Virus record (IMG/VR): IMGVR_UViG_3300021223_000017
Span: 1 to 57,253 of that record
Direction: 5' to 3' (one strand)
Length of the DNA stretch: 57,253 nt
From: a virus
Taxonomy: Duplodnaviria; Caudoviricetes
The position numbers and the translations under genes are program-made. How positions within the stretch are numbered: position 1 is the stretch's first letter; every line of letters begins with the position of its first letter. Below are positions 25,663-35,041 of the stretch, piece by piece. The notes below the pieces were generated by a model that searched no databases, had not been told where the DNA came from, and was given only the letters and a program-made list of their open reading frames with translations.

Positions 25663-26748
25663 TTAGATCCCTGCTCGCTCGAAGGCCAGCGGCTCCAGCC
25701 CTTTCATCTGCACCAGAGTCAGCGGCGCAAAGTTGCGATCAAGCTGCAGCTCAGTGAAGCGCTCGACGGTCAGCCCGCCCTCCCGGAACAGCTTGGCTCG
25801 GATAGGGCCGATGGCAACGTCCTGGAACGCCGCCGGCTGTTGCTGAAGCCAGTGGTAGTAATCAAGATCGGCGCTAACCTGCTGCCCGCCATCGGCGCCT
25901 ACCGAAGCACGCGTAGCGTCCTTGGCAAACATGACGCTGAGCTTGGTAAGCAAAACGAACGTCGTCCGGCAGTTCGGGTGAAACGGAGGCCTTGGGCCGG
26001 AGTCCACCGGAAACTTACGCTTGTCCATCGAGCGGCATTGCTGGCTGGTCTTGCTGTCAAGCGTGGCCACCATCTGGATCTCTTCAACGATATCCGTGTT
26101 GGCCTTGGCCACCTCCATGCGCGCCTGGGACGACACATGCTGAATCGCCGTGTGAACGACCGTGCTGGCATTGCGGTTGGTGATAGCCAGGATGCCGTCT
26201 TTGTACCCGGCCGCCTTGGTGCCGCGAATGTTGCGGATAACTTGGAAGTTCGTCTGCCCTTCGAAGAATCCCTGTCGGATCGTGCCCGTTACGCGCTCAC
26301 GCTCGGCGCTGGTCCAGCCCTTGATGAATGACTTCAGCAGCTTCCCGCCGCCGGTACCGCGAACGCTGAGTGGGTTCGTCAGCACGGCCGTGCGGATTGC
26401 AGCAGCAGTCGGCGCCACGACATCGAGCGACACGCCAACTGGTGCTGATCGGGCCAAACTCGTCGCCTCGAACTGCGCCTCGTAGTTGGCGATGTCCACC
26501 AGGTCGAGGTTCAGTTGCGCGCTGTATCGGTCGAAGATGCCTAGCAACAGGCTGTCGACCTCCTTCAGCAGCGCTTCCAGGCGCTTCGTGCTGTATTCGG
26601 TCAGGTCCGACTGAGTGAGCCGATCGCGGATCGAGCGGTCAATCTCCTTGAGGAAGGGAGCGAACTTGCCCACCTCCCCGGCCTTCAGCTTTTCGAGAAA
26701 GACCGCGTGCCGGATCGTGGCGTCAAGTACTGCCGGATTTACCGCCAT
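25663..26748 (-). CDS. Minor head protein (Mu gpF / SPP1 gp7-like)
   Basis: ATLDSKTSQQC...PPFHPNCRT. Confidence 0.88.
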   Translation of the reverse strand: MAVNPAVLDATIRHAVFLEKLKAGEVGKFAPFLKEIDRSIRDRLTQSDLTEYSTKRLEALLKEVDSLLLGIFDRYSAQLNLDLVDIANYEAQFEATSLARSAPVGVSLDVVAPTAAAIRTAVLTNPLSVRGTGGGKLLKSFIKGWTSAERERVTGTIRQGFFEGQTNFQVIRNIRGTKAAGYKDGILAITNRNASTVVHTAIQHVSSQARMEVAKANTDIVEEIQMVATLDSKTSQQCRSMDKRKFPVDSGPRPPFHPNCRTTFVLLTKLSVMFAKDATRASVGADGGQQVSADLDYYHWLQQQPAAFQDVAIGPIRAKLFREGGLTVERFTELQLDRNFAPLTLVQMKGLEPLAFERAGI

Positions 26749-28141
26749 TTGTTTTGTCCTCATCGTCCAGATCCAGGCCGTCGCTCTGCTCTTCCAGCTC
26801 GCCGTCGATCTGTTGGTCGGTGCGCTCTGGTGCGATCAGACCAAGCTTGCGCAGGTAAGCCCGCAAATCGGCCTTGGCGAAGCCACCGTTCTGCCACAAG
26901 CCAACCAGCGCAGAGATCATCTGCGGGTCAGCCGTCAGCTCGACGAACTCTTGATTGACTTGGTAGGCGACCTTCTTGTCAGCGATGCCCATGTACATGC
27001 AGCACCACATGATCGCCCGGGTGTAAGCCTCGCTGACGTTTGCCACACACCCGGCCAGCACCGATGTGGACGCAGACTGGTCACCGCGTGACTCGGTAGC
27101 AGTTTTGGTGGCAAGTGACGCCACCACCATCCGCGCGCCGAGCTCGATCATCATCTGGTTCTTGTCGCCCATCGCCTCCTTGACCAGTGTGTTCGGTGCA
27201 GGCTGCGCGTAGCCGAACGCACCACCAGCCGGCAGAAGCATTGGCGCCCGGGACCCAACATAAACGCCCTTTTCTTCCAGCAGCTTGACCCACTGCTCGG
27301 TCAGGCCAGAAATCCAAGGCTGGGCTTGCCCACACCAGAAAACGCTGTCCTCATAGTCGGCGCTGTTCCGGTAATGGCCCAGGTTGATCATGGCGATGTC
27401 GTATAGCGGCGACTCGTCAATGGTCGGGTCGTTGTTCTGTGCGCCGACGAAGGTGAACGGGATCTCCTTGAGGCGACCCGTTACTCCTTCCGGCTTGAAC
27501 TCTTCAGTGACCGCCAGCGGTCCACCACCCTTCGGCCCGGACCGGCGCCAAACCCGGCAAACGAAACCGTCAGCTTCCAGCGCAAGTTCCCGATACTGCT
27601 CGACCGTCTTGAAGCCGAAGCCCTCGGCAATCTCAGGCGATTCGCGCAGCACCACCAGCGTCAACACGCTATGGCCGTTCACCATGCTGGTGCGCCAGTT
27701 GATGATGTCTTCTGCGCAGTAGGTAAGGATCACCGCATGCCCGCCAATGCCGTTGTCCTGGTGATAGTCGACGTACAGGCCATGCCGGCCAGCCTCAAGC
27801 ACTTTTTCAAGCGTGCCCTGCGAGTGCTGGTAAATGCTCACCCCGGAGCCGTTGGCGTTGTCCTGCAAGTACTCGAGCTTCTTCGGCACCGTCAGCGTCG
27901 GGTCTTTGTGAAAGGCCAGACCGAGCAAGCCGTTTCGAGTGTGGCCGGTGGCATTCTTGAACACCGCCCGCTCACGGTAGGCCCGGTTGCGATCCACGTT
28001 CTCTGGCGACTTATCGTGTGCGTTGATGTAGGGCAGTCGATCAACAACCCGGTGCTGACCAGCGCAGACGTCGCGAACGGTTGCCCAACGGTCCAGCACT
28101 CCCAGGTATTCCGCCCGTTTGAAGGAGACGTCATTGCTCAT
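26723..28141 (-). CDS. Portal protein (DUF4055-like)
   Basis: Follows TerL; YRERAVFKN, PLYDIAMINLGHYRNSAD. Confidence 0.85.
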   Translation of the reverse strand: MSNDVSFKRAEYLGVLDRWATVRDVCAGQHRVVDRLPYINAHDKSPENVDRNRAYRERAVFKNATGHTRNGLLGLAFHKDPTLTVPKKLEYLQDNANGSGVSIYQHSQGTLEKVLEAGRHGLYVDYHQDNGIGGHAVILTYCAEDIINWRTSMVNGHSVLTLVVLRESPEIAEGFGFKTVEQYRELALEADGFVCRVWRRSGPKGGGPLAVTEEFKPEGVTGRLKEIPFTFVGAQNNDPTIDESPLYDIAMINLGHYRNSADYEDSVFWCGQAQPWISGLTEQWVKLLEEKGVYVGSRAPMLLPAGGAFGYAQPAPNTLVKEAMGDKNQMMIELGARMVVASLATKTATESRGDQSASTSVLAGCVANVSEAYTRAIMWCCMYMGIADKKVAYQVNQEFVELTADPQMISALVGLWQNGGFAKADLRAYLRKLGLIAPERTDQQIDGELEEQSDGLDLDDEDKTNGGKSGST

Positions 28142-29625
28142 CGGGCGTATCCCATTTTGATAGAGGTGGCCGGCTTCCTGGCGCTCTTCGCCACAGCGAA
28201 GTACCGAAATCCGTCGGAGCCGTGAGAGGTCCAGTCGTGAAGAGGTTTGTCTTTCCAGCAACCGCGCTTGTCGTCCCACTCCTTGCGATAGTTCTCAAGG
28301 CAGGAAACACCCTGCTCGCACTTCGAATCATCGAATACGCACTTGGGTAAGATCTCGCGCACCTGCTCGATACCATCATTGATGCCGAGCTTCGGAACGA
28401 CCTGAAACGTCATGCTGTAAATCTGCCCGTCGATTTCGTAGCCCTCCTGCGCCAGCTCCCGGCGAGTCTTGGCATCGCTACCGAACTCCCTGTTATCAAT
28501 GTCGTGAGGCCCCCAGTGCTCGGAGTAGGTGTAACCCTTGTCCTTGAGCACTTTCATGTAGTGCCGCAAGCCCTCGCCGCTGTTCTCGTAGTAGTCAATA
28601 ACGTGGAATTCAGTCCCGACCTGACGCACGAACCAAATGGCTGTGGAGTCGCCGACGCCGATGTCCCAGAAGGTCATCACCGGCAAGTGGCTGTTGTTCG
28701 GGATTACGCCGATACGCTGCTGGGCGTAAAGCTTGGTAAGTTGCTGGGCGTAATAGGCGCCCTCGACCGACTGTTGGAAGGCTTCGACGGGTATCGACGG
28801 GTATTCCCGCTTCATATCGTCGCCGAGCGTCTTCTCCTTGGCCGCGTACCAGGCGCACTGGCCGTCGTTGATGACGATCCCGTGCTTGGCTTGGAGTTCG
28901 TTGAAGTAATCGGTCAGGCGCTGCGGTATGACCACATCTGTCGGGTCAAGCCAATAGGCCTTGTTCTTCCACCAGGAGAAGAAGAAAAACTTCCAGTCCA
29001 GCAGGCCCAGGGGCACACCAGCGAGTTGCTGTCGTTCCGCGCTCTGCGAGTAATCGAAGAAATAGCCCGCCCTGCCCTCCGCCGTCGACTCAATCGTGAC
29101 GAAGCAATCGGTGGCGACAGCCTCGAAGGCGCCGGTGACGATCTCTCTGGCCTTGTGGGGGAACTTGGCGCAGATCTTCCCGAACTCGGATACGTGCAGA
29201 TACCGTAGAGTCCCGCCCCGGAAGGACGTGGACACGTAGACAGACCCGCCCTTGCTGAACACAAGCTCACCAGCAGCATCGTTAGAAGCAGGGTTGGCAG
29301 CGCGTATCTCAGCGGGCAGGTTGTCGTAGGCATATTTGACCTTCTCCCGGAACAGGCGCTTTGCGTCGTTAAGGGTGTGGGCGATCAGGGCGCACTTGGC
29401 TGACTCGAACAGGGCCGCGTCGAGCTGGATGATGCAGCACTCGGTGGTGAAGCCAAGTTGCCGAGCCTTCAGGATGATGTTGCGGGTGTGCATCCCGTCG
29501 AAGTATTCAATCTGCTCGTCCGTCATCCGGAAGCGGACCTTCTTGCCCGCTTTGTCGGTGATGAAGTAGAGGTTGTTCAACCGCCAGCGCTTGTCCCGGA
29601 GCAGCTTCAAGTGCTCGGGCTTCAT
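28138..29625 (-). CDS. terL: Terminase large subunit
   Basis: Walker A LKARQLGFTT, ESTAEG, nuclease WDIG and SHGSDGFRY. Confidence 0.95.
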   Translation of the reverse strand: MKPEHLKLLRDKRWRLNNLYFITDKAGKKVRFRMTDEQIEYFDGMHTRNIILKARQLGFTTECCIIQLDAALFESAKCALIAHTLNDAKRLFREKVKYAYDNLPAEIRAANPASNDAAGELVFSKGGSVYVSTSFRGGTLRYLHVSEFGKICAKFPHKAREIVTGAFEAVATDCFVTIESTAEGRAGYFFDYSQSAERQQLAGVPLGLLDWKFFFFSWWKNKAYWLDPTDVVIPQRLTDYFNELQAKHGIVINDGQCAWYAAKEKTLGDDMKREYPSIPVEAFQQSVEGAYYAQQLTKLYAQQRIGVIPNNSHLPVMTFWDIGVGDSTAIWFVRQVGTEFHVIDYYENSGEGLRHYMKVLKDKGYTYSEHWGPHDIDNREFGSDAKTRRELAQEGYEIDGQIYSMTFQVVPKLGINDGIEQVREILPKCVFDDSKCEQGVSCLENYRKEWDDKRGCWKDKPLHDWTSHGSDGFRYFAVAKSARKPATSIKMGYAR

Positions 29626-29626
29626 G

Positions 29627-30148
29627 TCAGGCTTCCTTCGATAGATCGTCCATCAGTGCAGCCAGGTCGCTGACTGTCTTGTCGCCGGTTTCGGTGTCGA
29701 GGTTGTAGGCCTGGCGCTCGCCTTTAATGACCTTGAGCTGGGCATCTACACCTGCGTTCAGGGAACGGGCGAAGTCGCCAGCATTGCCGGGGGTCACATC
29801 CATGTCGGCGAGGACGGTGCTGAGTTTGTCGGCAATGCCGCGCCACTGCGCCAGCCCTGAGCGATGAGCCAGGATGACAGCTGCCGCCTGATCGGACGCC
29901 TCTTCGATTATCTCGGCGTCGGTAACCACTTTCGACTGGTTACTTTTAGTGGTTACTGCCGTGGTTACCTTCTGCTTGGTTGCCGCTCGAACCTGGTCCG
30001 TCAGGTCCCGCTTCCAATCTTCTTTCTTTGCTCGCTTCAGGATGGTCGCGTGGTTCACACCGTGCGATTCACCTATGGCGCGAACTGAAAGCAACCCGGC
30101 CCGGTAGGCACGTTCGATTGCCTCCCAGTCGGGCTGCTTGGTCGTCAT
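29627..30148 (-). CDS. terS: Terminase small subunit
   Basis: PDWEAIERAYRAG HTH start; directly upstream of TerL. Confidence 0.85.
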   Translation of the reverse strand: MTTKQPDWEAIERAYRAGLLSVRAIGESHGVNHATILKRAKKEDWKRDLTDQVRAATKQKVTTAVTTKSNQSKVVTDAEIIEEASDQAAAVILAHRSGLAQWRGIADKLSTVLADMDVTPGNAGDFARSLNAGVDAQLKVIKGERQAYNLDTETGDKTVSDLAALMDDLSKEA

Positions 30149-30158
30149 TTGATTTCTA

Positions 30159-30656
30159 TTACCTTTCGAGGCGAGCAGCCAGAACTCTCGCTACCTCTTC
30201 AATGGAGTAAGGGAAGCCGCTTACACTTTCGAATTCGGCAAGCATTGACCTATAACCCTGGACGGTCGGGTGGTGAGAATTCCAAGTGTGCTCTCTGTTC
30301 TTTAAGCCCATCCACAACCCCTTATCTTCAAGCAGATAAAGCGCGTACGAATAATGCTCAGCTTCTTCATTGCCGTCGAACCCTGGAAATAGTGAAGACT
30401 TGATCAGCGTTTCATCGGCCTCGCTCTCTCTAAGGCTGTTTTGCAGATTCCGGTACATATCCAGGATGCTGCGGACCTCTTTGCAGATCACTAAAGACAC
30501 AGGCTCAATTGAAGCGCTCTCAACAAGGGCCTCAATCTCGAACTCAAAGCCGCTATCGATCGCCTTAATAGAGAGCTCATGCTCCCTATTGTCGGGGTCA
30601 AGCAAAGCGAGAATTTCGAACTGTTTTTTTAGAATTAATAATTGCAACGCGTCCAT
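30159..30656 (-). CDS. YfbU-family protein (moron)
   Basis: ILDMYR, FPGFDGNEE, NSHHP..YRSML; GGAG RBS; lower GC. Confidence 0.75.
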   Translation of the reverse strand: MDALQLLILKKQFEILALLDPDNREHELSIKAIDSGFEFEIEALVESASIEPVSLVICKEVRSILDMYRNLQNSLRESEADETLIKSSLFPGFDGNEEAEHYSYALYLLEDKGLWMGLKNREHTWNSHHPTVQGYRSMLAEFESVSGFPYSIEEVARVLAARLER

Positions 30657-30768
30657 GTCAGTCTCCATATGGCAAAATGCCTTCTTAACCATATGGCTAA
30701 CCCCTTGCCACTTCAATGCGCTGGCAACATCGCGCCACGATTTGGCCCTTTCGAAAACGTGACGCGGA

Positions 30769-31086
30769 CTATTGCGATACCCGGTTGAGGGCTTCGTCCG
30801 CTTTGTCGGCAGCCTGGGCCGCAGTCGTTGCTGCCTTCGTGGCCTTGTCGGCGGCGGTACCGGTCTGGCGTGTCAACTCTTCCAGACGCTTGTCCCGCTC
30901 AGTCATTGCGGTGTCGTACGCCTCGCGGATGCCCTTCACCTGATTGCTCTGGTTCTCAGCGAGAGACCAGTAGGCGGCCTGGTAGCCGAGAACGGCACCG
31001 CCACCAACCAGCACGACGGCAATCGCCCAGACCTCGGCCCGGCGCCACCAGCGGCGTGCGATAAATTCCAATGCGCATCTGTCCAT
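30769..31086 (-). CDS. Membrane-anchored coiled-coil protein, possibly lysis-related
   Basis: One TM helix plus coiled coil; early in the late operon. Confidence 0.55.
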   Translation of the reverse strand: MDRCALEFIARRWWRRAEVWAIAVVLVGGGAVLGYQAAYWSLAENQSNQVKGIREAYDTAMTERDKRLEELTRQTGTAADKATKAATTAAQAADKADEALNRVSQ

Positions 31087-31457
31087 CAGGCGATTCCTCC
31101 CAGCTTGGTGCGCAGGCGAGTGATCTCATCGCTCTGCTGCGTCACGCGATCAGTGAGTTGAGCGACCTGGCTGGTCAGCGCTTCGATCTTGCCTTCCATG
31201 CGCCCTACTGCTGCGGCCAGGTCGTTCCGCTCTTTTGCGAATTGATCAGCGCGCGCCTCGGCTTCTTTGCGGGCGGCGCGCTCCTGGTTCAGCAGCTCAT
31301 TGAGCCGGCGCAACGTGCCAATGTCGGCGTTATCCATTGCCCGGTCGGTCGCATCCTTCGATAGAAATTTTCGCAGCCATAGCAGGCCGCCCAGTACAAC
31401 GGTGGCGCTACCGCCCAGCCAGGTAGCTGTGCCTGGGCCGAGGTCGGTTGGGTCCAT
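31086..31457 (-). CDS. Membrane-anchored coiled-coil protein, holin candidate
   Basis: N-terminal TM (WLGGSATVVLGGLLWLRK); occupies the usual holin slot. Confidence 0.5.
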   Translation of the reverse strand: MDPTDLGPGTATWLGGSATVVLGGLLWLRKFLSKDATDRAMDNADIGTLRRLNELLNQERAARKEAEARADQFAKERNDLAAAVGRMEGKIEALTSQVAQLTDRVTQQSDEITRLRTKLGGIA

Positions 31458-31479
31458 CGTCACTCCAAATTCAAATAAA

Positions 31480-31516
31480 ACAAAATTGTTGTAACACCAC
31501 AAAAACGTTGTATACT
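31480..31516 (+). promoter_or_regulatory. hicAB promoter with two ACAA-N5-TTGT operator candidates
   Basis: TTGTAA(31489)-16-TATACT(31511); palindromes at 31480-92 and 31499-511. Confidence 0.55.
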
Positions 31517-31544
31517 GGACTCATCCAAACAACGAGGCGAGGTG

Positions 31545-31724
31545 ATGAAGTTCAGCGAGTTCAGACGATGGTTGAAGGCCCAAGGGGTGACCTTCGAAGC
31601 AGGCAAAGGAAGCCACTTCAAAGTCATCGCCCCAAACGGCAACAGGAGCACCTTCGCGGATCACGGCAGTAAGGAAATGCCAGAACCGACCCGCAAAGCG
31701 ATCATTAAACAACTGGGGCTCTGA
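31545..31724 (+). CDS. hicA: HicA-family toxin
   Basis: GKGSHFK and DHGSKE motifs; 59 aa. Confidence 0.92.
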   Translation: MKFSEFRRWLKAQGVTFEAGKGSHFKVIAPNGNRSTFADHGSKEMPEPTRKAIIKQLGL

Positions 31725-31775
31725 GAGCCCCTTCACCACATCTGAACGCTGAACGATCACCTCCAGGGAGTGACC

Positions 31776-32201
31776 ATGTACAACTACGCAATCCGATTTG
31801 AACAAGACACCGCGCCTGGACTGTCCGTCTTCTGTCGCGATCTTCCGTTGCTGAACAGCTATGGTGACGATAAAGAACACGCGATCAGCGAGGCCGTGGA
31901 CGCGATTGAGACGACTCTGTCCATCTATGTGGATCAGCGCCAAGCCATTCCGCAGGCCTCGCCGGCAGAGCCAGGTGAGCAGGTCATCCACTTGCCAGCC
32001 GTTACCGTGGCAAAAATCGTTCTATGGAACGAGATGATCGCGCGCGATATGCGCAAGGCTGATCTGTGCCGGCTCTTGGGCCTGGCTCAGACTCAGGGCG
32101 ACCGTCTGGTCGACTTTCTGCACACGTCGAAGATGGAGGCCATTGAGAAAGCTCTTGCTGCCATGGGCAAGCGATTGGCCGTATCGGTCGAGGCAGCTTA
32201 A
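31776..32201 (+). CDS. hicB: HicB-family antitoxin with C-terminal HTH
   Basis: VFCRDLP..SYGD, IPQAS, C-terminal HTH; follows hicA. Confidence 0.92.
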   Translation: MYNYAIRFEQDTAPGLSVFCRDLPLLNSYGDDKEHAISEAVDAIETTLSIYVDQRQAIPQASPAEPGEQVIHLPAVTVAKIVLWNEMIARDMRKADLCRLLGLAQTQGDRLVDFLHTSKMEAIEKALAAMGKRLAVSVEAA

Positions 32202-32344
32202 AGCTCGAAGTTGAATCAGCCCCATCAGCACTCCCAGCCATAGCGATGGGTGTGGTGGGGCCGAAAACGAAAAAGCCCCGGCAAATACCGAGGCTCAAAA
32301 CAGCTATGAATGGCCGGATAGGTCCCGGCATGGGATGTTTCAGG

Positions 32345-32614
32345 TCAAAGTTTTTGAAAGGTCACGACCAGACTGCCCGCCTCATTCTCGTCTTGAGGCC
32401 TGCCGAGTACAACCAAAGGCTCGAAGCCCCCCGCCTCCGCCGCTGCCGCTAGCTCCGCCTGAAGACCAGCTCGTACTTGTTCTACATCCTTTGGCGAAAG
32501 CTTGTTTGAATACAGAGGCAAGTCTGCGTCAATTCCCTCGGGCGCCTCACGAATCAGCCGGCCCCTCACGACGTCAAAAAGATTTTGTATTTCGAGTAAA
32601 ATTTCCTGATTCAT
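32345..32614 (-). CDS. Hypothetical moron protein
   Basis: 89-aa ORF between two terminators downstream of the late promoter. Confidence 0.5.
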   Translation of the reverse strand: MNQEILLEIQNLFDVVRGRLIREAPEGIDADLPLYSNKLSPKDVEQVRAGLQAELAAAAEAGGFEPLVVLGRPQDENEAGSLVVTFQKL

Positions 32615-32668
32615 TATGAGCTCTCGTTCCGTTGAGCTCAAAGAATGCTTCAGTAGTAACCAAAATGC

Positions 32669-32692
32669 AAAAACCCGGCGCTTGGCCGGGTT
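32669..32692 (-). terminator. tR'-like terminator
   Basis: AACCCGGCCAAGCGCCGGGTTTTT. Confidence 0.75.
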
Positions 32693-32734
32693 CAGGGTTT
32701 CGTGTGCGTTTCGCGTTACTTGTGCACTATGGGA

Positions 32735-32763
32735 AAATTACGCACAAAACCCCGTCATGTCAA
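32735..32763 (-). promoter_or_regulatory. Late promoter PR'-like
   Basis: TTGACA-17-TAATTT immediately after the Q-like gene. Confidence 0.75.
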
Positions 32764-32768
32764 TATGT

Positions 32769-33446
32769 TTATGCCGCTTCTTGATCTTTTTCCGAGTGGA
32801 TCACCTGCCATAGCGGTTGTTGAGCCTGAATATCCACTTCCTTTATCACTTCTTTCAGGGATTCCCACAGGTCGAGCCAGTCGCGCGTCCAGTTCTTCGG
32901 GTCGATGGTGACGCCGAAGAATGTCAGCATCTCAGCGGCAACTCGGGCCGGCCCCCACTCTGCCGATCCGGCGACCTCACCCTTGTACGACTGCAGGGCC
33001 AGGGTAACCAGGTACTGCGCCTTCACACGCTTGGCCGAAGTCAGGTCAGGCAGCGCCGCTTTGGCGGTGATCAGCAGCACCGCGTTCAATAGGTGCTTCA
33101 TGTTCATCGCCGGGTGGTACAGGTAGTGCCCGAACTGCTGCACCTGGAACGGCAAGGTGTCGATGGCGCGCAGTACTTTGCCGATGGTTGCCAGGTGCGC
33201 GGCGCGAGCGGTGGAGCGGCCGGCGGGCGTACCGCGTGTCTCGCTGATGCTGATCTTCTGGCGCACAACCTGGATGCGCTCTTCCTTGTCCTCTCCCAGG
33301 GCTGCAAATACAGCCTCGGCGCGACGCATGCGCTGGCCCTTCTTGATCAGTGCTGATTGTGCTTTGTCGATGGCCACAGCGCTGATCGACGCGTTCGATT
33401 CGTGCTGAGCCTCAGTCCATACCTGCCTTGCGTTGATCAGTTTCAT
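32769..33446 (-). CDS. Putative late antitermination protein (Q slot)
   Basis: Between ninG and the PR'/tR' pair; call by synteny. Confidence 0.6.
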   Translation of the reverse strand: MKLINARQVWTEAQHESNASISAVAIDKAQSALIKKGQRMRRAEAVFAALGEDKEERIQVVRQKISISETRGTPAGRSTARAAHLATIGKVLRAIDTLPFQVQQFGHYLYHPAMNMKHLLNAVLLITAKAALPDLTSAKRVKAQYLVTLALQSYKGEVAGSAEWGPARVAAEMLTFFGVTIDPKNWTRDWLDLWESLKEVIKEVDIQAQQPLWQVIHSEKDQEAA

Positions 33447-34063
33447 GCTGCCTGCCCCTTCCTCAGCTCTTTTGTCTTTGCCCGGTAGTCGGCGGTCATC
33501 GCCTTCAGCTCTTCGACGGTATATTTCTTGGCCTCATGAGGGCCTTCCAGCCACTCAACTGCCTCGGCGCCGATACGCTTCACCAACTCAATGCGGTAGT
33601 TCACGATGTTCCCGGAAAGCCGGGTGTTGCATGGCGAGCACTGGCGGTGGCAGTTCTTCGGCTCGAAGCGCAAGGCCGGATTGCTCCCCACGGTGCGGTA
33701 GTGACCTGCGTCGTACTTGCCCTGGTGGTGGCGACCGCAGCTGACGCATGGCAGCTCAGCGTCACGGGCACGCACCCAGGCGTTGAAGGCCTGCTGTGTG
33801 TCTTTCAGGTGATCCGCCCTGCTTTTGAGCTTCTCCTTACGGACTTTGATCTCGCGGCGCCCGACTTCTGCCAGCGCTTTCCCGGCGATCGCCCGTCCCT
33901 TTTCAGACTTACCGTGCGCAATGGCGCACTCGATCTCACCGCACACGGCCTGCGCGGCGCGAGCTGGAGTGAACATCACCCGGCACTCTGGGCAGCACTT
34001 GCGCCGATGGCCACCGGACGTGAGCGGGGCTTTGCGTTGCAGCGGGGTGCGCTTAAGCGTCAT
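33443..34063 (-). CDS. ninG: NinG / Rap-family nuclease
   Basis: FNAWVRARD, CVSCG, DAGHYR, NCHRQCSPCN. Confidence 0.92.
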   Translation of the reverse strand: MTLKRTPLQRKAPLTSGGHRRKCCPECRVMFTPARAAQAVCGEIECAIAHGKSEKGRAIAGKALAEVGRREIKVRKEKLKSRADHLKDTQQAFNAWVRARDAELPCVSCGRHHQGKYDAGHYRTVGSNPALRFEPKNCHRQCSPCNTRLSGNIVNYRIELVKRIGAEAVEWLEGPHEAKKYTVEELKAMTADYRAKTKELRKGQAA

Positions 34064-34332
34064 TGCGGGCACTCCTGCCGGTCAGTGCATATGGTTCGGT
34101 AGTGCCCGAAGCACTCCGGTGACTGCCATGCTGTTGGCGTATGGAAGTCCATCTGGTGCTTTTTGGAGCAAGCGTTGTAGTCGGCAGGGACTGTGCTTTT
34201 CTCGCTCCATGTGCGGAAGTTCAGGCATTCCTCGCACCATCTGGCGGGCTGCCGGTTGCTCTTATTGCTATTGCGTCGACGAACAATTTCTTCGAGCAGC
34301 TCATCGTCGGTAAAGCAGTCGAGAAGGCTCAC
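34060..34332 (-). CDS. Cys-rich hypothetical protein
   Basis: CEECLNF; coupled overlaps on both sides. Confidence 0.65.
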   Translation of the reverse strand: MSLLDCFTDDELLEEIVRRRNSNKSNRQPARWCEECLNFRTWSEKSTVPADYNACSKKHQMDFHTPTAWQSPECFGHYRTICTDRQECPQ

Positions 34333-34844
34333 GCGACCTCCTTGAATGCTTCGAACTCGGCCATTTCGGTCAGGCGCTCTTCGGTGAGCGTCGGCCAGTC
34401 ATGCAGCACCAGGTACGCGCAGCACTGGCGCCAAAAGTCTTGGAATGTCTCCTCCCCCATCGAGTCGTAGGAAAGGCTGCGGGGTGTCTTGCGGGTGAGC
34501 TGGCCCAGGCCAGGGATGTCGAACGCTTCCTCGTCGCAGTACACGCCCGACTCCAGTTGAAGGGCCTTGATCGCGTCGTGGGACTGCTTGCCAGAGAACC
34601 GGTCGATGTTCTGGCTTAACACCCGGCCCAGGCCATGGACCAAACCATTGAACCGTGGGTTACGCGGCTGCTTGAGGTCGGCGCGGATCTTCGTGTTGAT
34701 GCGAAAGTCCCGCTCGCGGAGGATCGAGCGGTCAGCGTCGGAGGACGGCACGAACGCGGCCACATCCTTGCCGGTGGCTGGATCTACCAGGCGGCGCAGC
34801 ACGAGGTACACGGGCATTGGGCGTGGCTTGGCTGGCCGGGTCAT
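34329..34844 (-). CDS. NinB-like protein
   Basis: QPRNPRF, SLSYDSMGEETF; nin region. Confidence 0.55.
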   Translation of the reverse strand: MTRPAKPRPMPVYLVLRRLVDPATGKDVAAFVPSSDADRSILRERDFRINTKIRADLKQPRNPRFNGLVHGLGRVLSQNIDRFSGKQSHDAIKALQLESGVYCDEEAFDIPGLGQLTRKTPRSLSYDSMGEETFQDFWRQCCAYLVLHDWPTLTEERLTEMAEFEAFKEVA

Positions 34845-35041
34845 GGCTTCCACCGGAAGAATTCAACTTCGAATGGACCGACGTAAACCCGGACGGCAGG
34901 CTTGGAGTCGAGTTTCGTGAAATAGAAATGCCAGTTGAGCGGGCGGAACCCAAAGAGCAGCCATCCCCGCTTGAACCCGAAGCTGACCATGTAGCCGTTG
35001 CCACGGTATTCGTCAGTGAACTTTCCATAATTGGTCTTCAT
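34841..35041 (-). CDS. Hypothetical protein
   Basis: ATGA overlaps on both sides. Confidence 0.65.
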   Translation of the reverse strand: MKTNYGKFTDEYRGNGYMVSFGFKRGWLLFGFRPLNWHFYFTKLDSKPAVRVYVGPFEVEFFRWKP

